A DNA stretch of 32,000 nt. Origin: Eubacterium sp. MSJ-33 (GTDB lineage: Bacteria; Bacillota; Clostridia; Lachnospirales; Lachnospiraceae). The position numbers and the translations under genes were made by a program. Location of the stretch: the NCBI RefSeq assembly GCF_022174665.1, contig NZ_CP076562.1, positions 1,844,525 through 1,876,524 on the forward strand, in the 5' to 3' direction. Every line of letters starts with the position of its first letter. Position 1 is the first letter of the stretch. Under the pieces are notes generated by a model. The model worked only from the letters and a program-made list of their open reading frames with translations, ran no database searches and had not been told where the DNA came from. This document shows positions 9,010 to 17,131 of the stretch, in pieces.

Positions 9010-9723
9010 CTATCTCCCCGTGCCGATCGCCGCACTTGCATAATATATATCCGGGATGCCTGACGCATGCAGTTTCTTCGTACATGCCTCGATTGTCGCA
9101 CCAGTCGTATATATATCATCGATCAACAGCACTCTTTTATAGCTTACACTTTTTTCGGTGCATTGGAAAGCCTTTTTTAGATTTTCTTCCCTCTGCTTTG
9201 GATTCAGGTCTTTCTGCGGTTCTGTATTGACAACCCGCATCAGGAAATCCCGTTCCACCGGGATATCCAACATCGTTCCAAGTGCATCCGCAAGCAGTTC
9301 CGCCTGATTGTATCCACGCTTCGTCATCTTCCGTTTGTGAATCGGAATCGGAATGACCGCATCGAGTGAGAGACTCATCAGTGCCTGTCCGTGTCTTTTT
9401 ACGATCTGTCCTGCATAAAATTCTGCATATTCTTTCTGATTGTGATACTTAAACCGTGCCAGACTTTCATCAAGCGGATACTGATATTTCATCGCCGGAA
9501 AACCCTGTATATAAGACTTTGCATGCCGCGTACAATCCTCGCACAATTCCTGTTCCATATCTGCGATCTCACAGCCGCACTTCAGACATACCGGCTGTTC
9601 CGGATATGCGATCATCGGCCTGCATGTATCACACACCTGACCGGTCTGCCCACCTGTCACTTCGCCACACAATGGACAGGTTGGTGGATATATCCAATTT
9701 AAAAATTTATTCCATGCCTTCAT
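9010..9723 (-). CDS. comFC: ComF-family protein (ComFC-like, phosphoribosyltransferase fold)
   Basis: The N-terminus carries cysteine pairs (CPLCGE, CDTC, CLKCG, CEDC). The C-terminus has the PRTase motif VLLIDDIYTTGATIEAC. Its start overlaps the recD2 stop by 17 nt. Confidence 0.85.
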   Translation of the reverse strand: MKAWNKFLNWIYPPTCPLCGEVTGGQTGQVCDTCRPMIAYPEQPVCLKCGCEIADMEQELCEDCTRHAKSYIQGFPAMKYQYPLDESLARFKYHNQKEYAEFYAGQIVKRHGQALMSLSLDAVIPIPIHKRKMTKRGYNQAELLADALGTMLDIPVERDFLMRVVNTEPQKDLNPKQREENLKKAFQCTEKSVSYKRVLLIDDIYTTGATIEACTKKLHASGIPDIYYASAAIGTGR

Positions 9724-12055
9724 TCAATTCCTCTATCCGAAGCGCCAGTGATGTATATCGTTTTTGTTCTTCTGAATTATCGATCATCTGATTTACCAGA
9801 TTTACATCACCAACGATAATAACCAACTGCCGCGCACGTGTAATCGCCGTATAGATCAGATTCCGGTTCATCAGTTTCCGGTTTCCTCCGAGCAATGGAA
9901 TGATTACCGCCGGATATTCACTTCCCTGCGATTTGTGTATCGTCACCGCGAACGCATGCTCCAACTGATCCAGTTCTTTGTAGTTGTACACACTTTCGCG
10001 CCCATCATCAAACAGAATCGTAAGTTCCTCGTCATAATCACTGATCTCCGTAATCACTCCCATATCACCATTGAATACGCCGACACCTTCATCAATTACA
10101 TATCCCTTGCCATTTCCGGTCTTAGAGACACCATAGATCTTCCATTCCTGCTGGTAATTATTCTTGATCTGCATCACCTTATCTCCCTTACGGAAGACGA
10201 CATCACCACGCACATGCTCCGGTTTGTTCGGAGCCTTCGGATTCAGCCGGCTTTGCAGCTTCTGATTCATATTCTCCACACCGACCTCATATTTACGCAT
10301 CGGACACAGGATCTGAATCTCCTGTGGAGATAATCCATAATAATTCGGCAGGTTCTTCATCGTCAGCGTCTGCACTTCTTCAACGATCTGCGCCGCTGTC
10401 CGCTGTGGGATAAAGAAGAAATCCTGGCTCTTGTTCGTCAGTATCAGATGTTCCCCACGTTGGATCTTGTGTGCATTAAACACGATATCGCTGCCATCTT
10501 CCTGCCGGAATATCTTGTTCAGCGTTGTCACCGGAAAACATCCGGAATTAATAATATCCTTCAGCACATTTCCCGCACCAACGGACGGAAGCTGATTCAC
10601 ATCACCGACAAAAATCAGTCTCGTTCCATATGGCACCGCCTGCACCAGAGAGTAAAATATATATGCATCAACCATTGACATCTCATCGACAATAATTGCA
10701 TCACATTCCAATGGATTGTCTGCATTTCTTGAAAAATGCATTCCATGATTGTCCTGATTTCTGCCATCCTCTTCCATCGCACCGTTGATCTCCAACAGCC
10801 GGTGTATCGTCTGTGCCGGCCATCCGGTTGACTCCGTCATACGCTTCGCCGCTCGTCCCGTTGGAGCACACAGCTTGATCTCCATACCATGTCTGGAGAA
10901 ATATTTGATAATCACGTTGATGATCGTTGTCTTACCAGTACCCGGACCACCTGTGATCACCGCCACGCCTGCTTCAATCGCAGACTTCACCGCAGTTGTC
11001 TGCAATTCATCAAGCGTCAGTTCCTCTTCTTTCTCAATCGCCTGAATCTCCCGATCCAGTTCTGCCGGATCCATCTCATAACGAAGCTGCAGATCTGTCA
11101 GCAATCTGGCAGAATTCAGTTCCACATAATAATTCGATGCAAGGTAGATCACATCTTCTTCATCAATTTGTTTTATAACGATCTTGCCCGCGATCAGCAG
11201 ATCCATCAACTGCTGTTCCAAAAGCTCTACCGTCTGCTCATATGCAGATCCGGCACTCGCAGCATCTGAATATTCTGCATAACCGAATGTCGACTGTCCA
11301 TAGATTCCTTCTACATCGTTCGTTGATCCGCGTGTCAGTTCTACACACCGCCGCAGCAGGATCGGTTTTGGCAGATACATATGACCTTCCCCACCTGCTG
11401 TATTCAATGCATATAACAGCGCCGAACGAAGCCGGAATTCCGAATCCTGTGCAATTCCCATCCGGCGTGCAATATCATCTGCCATCCGGAATCCAATTCC
11501 ATTGATATCTTCTGCCAGCTTATATGGATTCGTCCGAAGGATATCGTATACTTTATTCCCATATGCATTAAAAATACGGATTGCCATGTTCACTGAGATT
11601 CCGTACTGGGACAGGAAGATAGCGACCTCCTGAAACTCTTTCTTCTCCAGATAAGATTTTGCGATCTGCTGTGCCTTCCGCTCGGATATACCACTGATCT
11701 CTGCAAGGCGTTCCGGTTCCTCCTCCATAATCCGAAGAGTATCATCCTTGAATTTCTTCACGATCTTCTTAGCAAGAACCGCACCGATACCCTTGATGAT
11801 TCCTGAACCCAGATACCGCTCCATACCAAGTGTATCCTTCGGCATCCGTATCTCATAGGATGTAAAATTAAACTGAATATCATATTGCGGATGGTTCACG
11901 TATTCCCCCTCCGCAATCACATAGAGACCTTCACTGGCACCCGGCAGGGTACCAACGAAGATCTCTTCACCTTCTTCGCCTTCTACACACATAACGCAGT
12001 AGCCGGTTTCATCACTCTTGTATTTGATTTTCTCTATGTAGCCTTCTCTAATCAT
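9707..12055 (-). CDS. recD2: SF1B ATP-dependent DNA helicase RecD2 (YrrC type)
   Basis: 782 aa with Walker A (GGPGTGKTT), DEMSMVD (Walker B), helix-hairpin-helix-like repeats in the N-terminal third, and C-terminal TIHKSQGSEYPAVI and YTAITRAR motifs typical of RecD-family helicases. Confidence 0.9.
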   Translation of the reverse strand: MIREGYIEKIKYKSDETGYCVMCVEGEEGEEIFVGTLPGASEGLYVIAEGEYVNHPQYDIQFNFTSYEIRMPKDTLGMERYLGSGIIKGIGAVLAKKIVKKFKDDTLRIMEEEPERLAEISGISERKAQQIAKSYLEKKEFQEVAIFLSQYGISVNMAIRIFNAYGNKVYDILRTNPYKLAEDINGIGFRMADDIARRMGIAQDSEFRLRSALLYALNTAGGEGHMYLPKPILLRRCVELTRGSTNDVEGIYGQSTFGYAEYSDAASAGSAYEQTVELLEQQLMDLLIAGKIVIKQIDEEDVIYLASNYYVELNSARLLTDLQLRYEMDPAELDREIQAIEKEEELTLDELQTTAVKSAIEAGVAVITGGPGTGKTTIINVIIKYFSRHGMEIKLCAPTGRAAKRMTESTGWPAQTIHRLLEINGAMEEDGRNQDNHGMHFSRNADNPLECDAIIVDEMSMVDAYIFYSLVQAVPYGTRLIFVGDVNQLPSVGAGNVLKDIINSGCFPVTTLNKIFRQEDGSDIVFNAHKIQRGEHLILTNKSQDFFFIPQRTAAQIVEEVQTLTMKNLPNYYGLSPQEIQILCPMRKYEVGVENMNQKLQSRLNPKAPNKPEHVRGDVVFRKGDKVMQIKNNYQQEWKIYGVSKTGNGKGYVIDEGVGVFNGDMGVITEISDYDEELTILFDDGRESVYNYKELDQLEHAFAVTIHKSQGSEYPAVIIPLLGGNRKLMNRNLIYTAITRARQLVIIVGDVNLVNQMIDNSEEQKRYTSLALRIEELNEGME

Positions 12056-12076
12056 GTCCTGTTCCTATGTATCATT

Positions 12077-12478
12077 TTATGCATTCTCTGCATTTGCCAC
12101 CGTCGCTGCCTGCTCCATCTCATGCAGCTCCTCCGGCGTGATCGCCGCATTCTGCTTCTTCATGGATTCGTATAACTGCTGTGCAAGTCCAAGTTTTCCC
12201 TGATCACTTACCAGTTTTGCATATTGCTGTGCCTGCAGGTCATACGCATAATCTGCATATGGATTATCATCGGAATCATCGGATTTGATCGTCGACTGTA
12301 CCTGCTTGTACACCTGCTCTACCAGATATGCTTCAAATTCCTTGCATGCAGCCATCATCTCCTCATCTGTCGCATCTGCGGAAGAGGATCTCTTTATTTG
12401 GTTAGTCAGATTCCCCACCTGTGCCTGTGATACATACGAGGAATAGTCTTTGTTTGTAAGATTTGTGATATTTTCCAT
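12077..12478 (-). CDS. Rod-binding protein (FlgJ N-terminal-domain-like, no hydrolase domain)
   Basis: 133 aa. ACKEFEAYLVEQVYKQVQ and LAQQLYESM resemble the rod-binding domain of FlgJ. It lies directly downstream of the two rod genes. Confidence 0.6.
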   Translation of the reverse strand: MENITNLTNKDYSSYVSQAQVGNLTNQIKRSSSADATDEEMMAACKEFEAYLVEQVYKQVQSTIKSDDSDDNPYADYAYDLQAQQYAKLVSDQGKLGLAQQLYESMKKQNAAITPEELHEMEQAATVANAENA

Positions 12479-12511
12479 GGTGTTGCATCACCTTTCCCTT
12501 TGATAACATTA

Positions 12512-13342
12512 TTATCGTAAGTTATTCGCCTGCTGCATCATCTCATCAGAAGCCTGAATTGCTTTAGAATTCATCTCATATGCACGCTGTGCTACGATCA
12601 GATTGACCATTTCATTTGCCACATCTACATTGGATGCTTCCGTATAGTACTGGTGTGTCTGTGTCTGTTTCAGCGTTGCATTTCCATTTTCCGCAACCGC
12701 TGCACCACTCGCTACGGTCTGAGAATAATTATTGCTGCCTTCCTTGGAAAGGCCTGCCGGATTGTTAAACTGATAAATACCGAACTTAATAGGACTTCCA
12801 TTTGCATCTGTAATCACCGCAGGATTCCCCGTTCCATCTGGAAATGCCAGTGTTCCATCCCGGTTGATCACGAGATCCGTTGCCACACGGTTGGACGGCA
12901 ATATAATTTCATTTCCATATGCATCCAAAACCGGATTACCATCCGATGTACAAAGCATGTTTCCATTTGCGACCGGTGAAATCTCAAATGCACCATCACG
13001 TGTATACTGCAATTCTCCACTCTCCGTGCGGATCTGGAAAAAACCATCTCCTTCCAGTGCCACACTGAACGGATTTTCTACATGATTAAGATTACCATTT
13101 GTAAATGTACTTGTAATCGCTGCCACACGGCTTCCAAGTCCAACTTCTGCCGCTACCGGTTTATTCTGACCGGCATTGTTCGTCGATGTCGACTGCAGAT
13201 TCTGATACAGCAAAGACTTGAAACTCGCCTGCTGTGTTTTATATCCAATTGTATTGATATTCGCTACGTTATTCGCAATTGTATCTACATTGACCTGCTG
13301 TGCCCGCATACCGGATGCAGCCGTCCAAAGGGATCGCATCAT
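12512..13342 (-). CDS. flgG: Flagellar basal-body distal rod protein FlgG (FlhP-like)
   Basis: MMRSLWTAASGMRAQQVNVDTIANNVANINTIGYK at the N-terminus and SNVDVANEMVNLIVAQRAYEMNSKAIQASDEMMQQANNLR at the C-terminus are canonical FlgG termini. Confidence 0.9.
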   Translation of the reverse strand: MMRSLWTAASGMRAQQVNVDTIANNVANINTIGYKTQQASFKSLLYQNLQSTSTNNAGQNKPVAAEVGLGSRVAAITSTFTNGNLNHVENPFSVALEGDGFFQIRTESGELQYTRDGAFEISPVANGNMLCTSDGNPVLDAYGNEIILPSNRVATDLVINRDGTLAFPDGTGNPAVITDANGSPIKFGIYQFNNPAGLSKEGSNNYSQTVASGAAVAENGNATLKQTQTHQYYTEASNVDVANEMVNLIVAQRAYEMNSKAIQASDEMMQQANNLR

Positions 13343-13392
13343 ACGCTACTACCTCCTACTTCCATATTGCCCTTCGCTTAGTTCCGTGGCAA

Positions 13393-14175
13393 TTATACTC
13401 TTCCGATTTCATTGACCGCCTTGTCCAGTGTCTGATCAATCGTCTGAACCATCTTCTGGTTCGTCTCATACGCTCTTGTGACCGCGATCATATCAACCAT
13501 CTCCGTTACCATATTGACATTCGACATTTCCAGATATCCCTGATTAACTGTCGCAGCCGCCTGTGTCTGTACCGCGCCATTCACCGCTTCATACATATTC
13601 TCACCATAGCTCGACAACGCTTCATAGTTTTGGAAATCAACCAACTGCAATGTTGCAACATAATTGTTGCCGGAATAAATCTCTCCTGCCTGATTCACGC
13701 TGATCTTAACCAGATTTGCATCCGGAATCTGTATACGATTACCGCCTTCCGCCAGCACATAATCGCCATCCTTTGTCACAAGATAACCGTCCCTGGTTAC
13801 AGTGAAATCGCCATCCCGCGTGTAGCGTGTCGTTGTCGTTCCACTCTTGTCTGTTGTGCTGATGGTAAAAAATCCGCTGCCGGATAATGCAAAATTGTAC
13901 TGGTCTTCTGTCTGTCTGAAATTTCCCTGTGACATATCGAAATATGTCTCACCGATCTTCACACCAAGATTCACGCCACCAATTCCCTGTTTTAAGTTCG
14001 GACCAATTGTCGGATCATCAATCTTGACTGCCAGTTGGCGGTCAAAAGACTGCGATGTAACATCCACCTTCTTAAAACCGGTTGTATCAGCATTTGCCAT
14101 GTTGTTCGTCACAACATCCATTCTTTTTTCTTCGTTGCGAAGTCCGGTCCAGGCCGTGTACAACCCTCTTACCAT
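13393..14175 (-). CDS. Flagellar basal-body rod protein, FlgF/FlhO-like
   Basis: MVRGLYTAWTGLRNEEKRMDVVTNNMANADTTGFKK at the N-terminus and SNVNMVTEMVDMIAVTRAYETNQKMVQTIDQTL at the C-terminus are rod-family termini. The mbl-flhO-flhP order is as in Bacillus. Confidence 0.85.
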   Translation of the reverse strand: MVRGLYTAWTGLRNEEKRMDVVTNNMANADTTGFKKVDVTSQSFDRQLAVKIDDPTIGPNLKQGIGGVNLGVKIGETYFDMSQGNFRQTEDQYNFALSGSGFFTISTTDKSGTTTTRYTRDGDFTVTRDGYLVTKDGDYVLAEGGNRIQIPDANLVKISVNQAGEIYSGNNYVATLQLVDFQNYEALSSYGENMYEAVNGAVQTQAAATVNQGYLEMSNVNMVTEMVDMIAVTRAYETNQKMVQTIDQTLDKAVNEIGRV

Positions 14176-14189
14176 CGTTTCCCTACTTT

Positions 14190-15179
14190 CTACTTACGTT
14201 CACTCAAAAACTCAATATACTTTCCTGTACCGATTGCCACTGCAGTGAGCGGTTCCTCGGCTGTCATCGTCGTGATTCCGGTATTCTCCTCGATCAGATC
14301 CTCCAGGCCATGCAACAATGCACCACCTCCGGTAAGCACGATTCCACGGTCTGCAATATCTGCTGCTAATTCCGGCGGAGTCCGTTCCAACACAGAATGT
14401 ACCGCATCCACGATCTGCGATGTCACCTCCCGCAGTGCTTCTTCAGTTTCATCCGAAGATACTGTTACCGTCTTTGGAAGTCCTGTTACCAGATTTCGTC
14501 CACGGATATCCATGGAGATATTCTCTGGCCGCTTATAACAAGTTCCGATATTGATCTTAATATCCTCCGCTGAACGCTCACCAATCAACAGATTATGACG
14601 CTTCCTCATAAAACGGACAATCGCATCATCGAAATCATCACCTGCTACCTTGATAGACGATGACACAACCACTCCATCCAGTGAGATTACTGCGATATCT
14701 GTAGTTCCACCACCGATATCGACGATCATATTTCCGCAAGGTCTGGAAATGTCAATACCTGCGCCAATCGCGGCTGCAACTGGCTCCTCAATAATATACA
14801 CATCTCTTGCCCCTGCCTGATATGTCGCATCCTCCACGGCACGTTTCTCCACATCCGTAACTCCGGATGGCACGCACACGCTGATACGGGGTCTTCTACC
14901 GAAGAAACTCTTACCAACTGCCTTCTGGATGAAATATTTCAACATCTTCTCTGTCGTTCTATAATCGGAAATCACACCCTGTCTCAGTGGACGAACCGCA
15001 ATGATGTTGCCAGGTGTTCTTCCGAGCATCAATCGCGCCTCTTCACCAATGGCTTTGATCTGTTCCGTGTCTCTGTCGTAGGCAACTACAGACGGCTCCT
15101 TTAACACAACGCCCTTTCCTTTGACATAGACTAATATGCTGGCGGTTCCCAGGTCGATTCCTATATCTAAACTTGCCAC
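14190..15179 (-). CDS. mreB: Actin-like rod-shape protein MreB/Mbl
   Basis: DIGIDLGTASILVY, RPLRQGVISDY, DIGGGTTDIAVISL and VLTGGGALL are MreB ATPase motifs. GTG start at 15179 lies 8 nt after AGGAGG. Confidence 0.9.
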   Translation of the reverse strand: MASLDIGIDLGTASILVYVKGKGVVLKEPSVVAYDRDTEQIKAIGEEARLMLGRTPGNIIAVRPLRQGVISDYRTTEKMLKYFIQKAVGKSFFGRRPRISVCVPSGVTDVEKRAVEDATYQAGARDVYIIEEPVAAAIGAGIDISRPCGNMIVDIGGGTTDIAVISLDGVVVSSSIKVAGDDFDDAIVRFMRKRHNLLIGERSAEDIKINIGTCYKRPENISMDIRGRNLVTGLPKTVTVSSDETEEALREVTSQIVDAVHSVLERTPPELAADIADRGIVLTGGGALLHGLEDLIEENTGITTMTAEEPLTAVAIGTGKYIEFLSERK

Positions 15180-15213
15180 GCCTTGTTCCTCCTATCTATA
15201 TATCGGAAATTTC

Positions 15214-17028
15214 CTAATTATCCTTAGCTTTTTTCATAATAATCATGGTCGCAGCGCCACCCTGTAACCACTCAATCGGCACTTCTGTGATGTCCATGAT
15301 CTCATCAAGTGCCGGCACATAACTGCACCATTTGCTGATCTTACGTCCGGCAATATCTTTACGAACACCGTCCATGTGTTCAAATTTATCACGTAGATTC
15401 TTCAGAATCTTGCGGCTGTCTCCACCGGTCAGATCATACCCAAGCATATCATTCAATGCCTTATTCGAAAAGAATACATATCCCGTATATAAGTCACGGA
15501 TAAAAATTCCCTCATGAAAACTATTGTATGTCTCTATCAGATGTTTATTCACATTTCGCACATTATCATCACCATCTGCGTTCTCCAGCATATTCTGAAT
15601 CAGCAGAGAAATACTCTGTGAAAAACGAAGTTCTTCCTTTGTCCAGACTCGTTCCGATTTGGACTCTGCAAAAATCAGGACACCGTACAACCTTCCTTCC
15701 AGATAAATCGGGTATGCAATCTCTGCCCGGAAATTATATCGCATCAGATTAATCACATCTCTCTGCGTCATATTCGTCCGGTCAAGCATACAGCAACCGT
15801 TGCCACGCTTGATTGCATCCATCACAAGATACAAGCGCTCCGGGAGCAGTGTCAATACCTCATCACCCGGCATCTCACCCGATACATCAAAAAAGCTTCT
15901 CAACATATAAGATTTCGGGTTCTCCTTATCAAATGTATATAAAAACATACGATCCAGATCCATATGAAGCGCAACCTCCCGCAAGGTCTCGCCAATCACC
16001 TGTTCTACATCTTCGCTCAATTTGCTGTTAATCTTCGACAATGCATTGTTGACGATACTCTGTCTCGCAAGTTCTTCACGCAGTTTCTTGCCCGCGCCAC
16101 GCGACTTTGCAGATTCAACAATAGAATTGTAACTCTGCAACAGAAAGTCAGAGACAAGCTCTGCTGTCGTCCAATGCAGTTCATAAATCTCTTCCAGATG
16201 TTCCGTCTCTTCCGGAGTATAGGAGCCAAGTACCCAGAATCCCTGTAAATTATCACCCACGCAGATCGGCGCCATAGCAAGCTTGCCATCACCGCCCTCT
16301 TCCCGATCAAAGATATGTGGTTTCATCTCTGCCAGGATTTCTTCCTTCATTGTCTTGAAGAACTCTTTGTAGGTTGGTGTCTCAAACAAATCGTAGAAAT
16401 CCCCCAGATTTGTTGCCGGTCCAACCGGAGTGGATTCCACCTTACCATTTTCATCGACAAAAACAGAATACAGCTGTGAAAGCTGTGAAAATCCACTCAT
16501 GGTCATCTCCATCTTCTGAATCTGCGGAATCATACCCGGATTGTCCAATTTGCTAATCACAAGAGATCCGGTTGGAGAAATCTGCATGCGTCTGCTCGGC
16601 TTCTCAATTGCCTGCTTGATCTCTTCCTGCTTCTCTGTTTCCTTTTCTGCCGAGATATCCCGGATATAAAACTCAACCTCATAAGTGTGATCCTCTTCCG
16701 ATACAACCTCTATACAGATATTGACTCTCGCCTGACGAAGTACACCATCATCCCCTACCATACGATACTCATGCACATAATCCTGCACACGGTTTTCAAT
16801 CGCATTGTGTATCGTCTTCATCACCATCTCCCGGTCTGCCGGATATATATAATCTTCCGATAATTTCAACCCTTTATTCACCATCTCAACATTCATTCCA
16901 AGTTCCGATGCATTTGGCGAAATATACACAAGGCTTGAGCCAGGCATGCCCGTAATATAGCGTTTCACTAAAACGATAAATCCTGTCTTCTCAATTGCTT
17001 TTCTAAGGTATTTATTTTCTATTACCAT
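15214..17028 (-). CDS. Multi-domain cytoplasmic sensor protein (PAS-like / central sensory region / GAF-like / PAS-like) with no recognisable output domain
   Basis: 604 aa. The N-terminal ~125 aa is PAS-like (YISPNASELGMN...YEVEFYIRDISAEKE). Residues ~335-480 are GAF-like (LREVALHMDLDRMFLYTF...YPIYLEGRLYGVLIFAES...WTKEELRF). The C-terminal ~110 aa is PAS-like (GIFIRDLYTGYVFFSNKALNDMLGYD). I see no HK, GGDEF, EAL, HD-GYP, HTH or MCP motif. Only 34 nt and no terminator separate it from mreB. Confidence 0.6.
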   Translation of the reverse strand: MVIENKYLRKAIEKTGFIVLVKRYITGMPGSSLVYISPNASELGMNVEMVNKGLKLSEDYIYPADREMVMKTIHNAIENRVQDYVHEYRMVGDDGVLRQARVNICIEVVSEEDHTYEVEFYIRDISAEKETEKQEEIKQAIEKPSRRMQISPTGSLVISKLDNPGMIPQIQKMEMTMSGFSQLSQLYSVFVDENGKVESTPVGPATNLGDFYDLFETPTYKEFFKTMKEEILAEMKPHIFDREEGGDGKLAMAPICVGDNLQGFWVLGSYTPEETEHLEEIYELHWTTAELVSDFLLQSYNSIVESAKSRGAGKKLREELARQSIVNNALSKINSKLSEDVEQVIGETLREVALHMDLDRMFLYTFDKENPKSYMLRSFFDVSGEMPGDEVLTLLPERLYLVMDAIKRGNGCCMLDRTNMTQRDVINLMRYNFRAEIAYPIYLEGRLYGVLIFAESKSERVWTKEELRFSQSISLLIQNMLENADGDDNVRNVNKHLIETYNSFHEGIFIRDLYTGYVFFSNKALNDMLGYDLTGGDSRKILKNLRDKFEHMDGVRKDIAGRKISKWCSYVPALDEIMDITEVPIEWLQGGAATMIIMKKAKDN

Positions 17029-17075
17029 GGAACCGCCCCCTTTTTATCGTATCGTAAAAGTATTCGTATCGAATA

Positions 17076-17105
17076 AGGCTGTCACACAGATGTGCGACAG
17101 CCCTT
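17076..17105 (-). terminator. Imperfect hairpin downstream of the DivIVA-like gene (weak terminator candidate)
   Basis: GGCTGTC (17077-17083) pairs with GACAGCC (17096-17102), with three further pairs after one mismatch and a 4-nt loop. The minus-strand trailing sequence TTATTCG is only weakly U-rich. Confidence 0.35.
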
Positions 17106-17131
17106 CTTATACCACTTTCAAACGTCTCTCG

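Noticed and set aside
13300-14538. Plus-strand ORFs of 195, 133 and 167 aa antisense to the rod genes and mreB
   Set aside because: All lie within strongly supported minus-strand CDSs and have low-complexity or Cys/Arg/Ile-rich translations with no family resemblance.
17041-17060. ACGATAA sequence upstream of the PAS/GAF gene as a possible sigma-28 -10 element
   Set aside because: It ends only about 10 nt before the SD, so a transcript would lack a usable leader. There is no TAAA at the -35 position.
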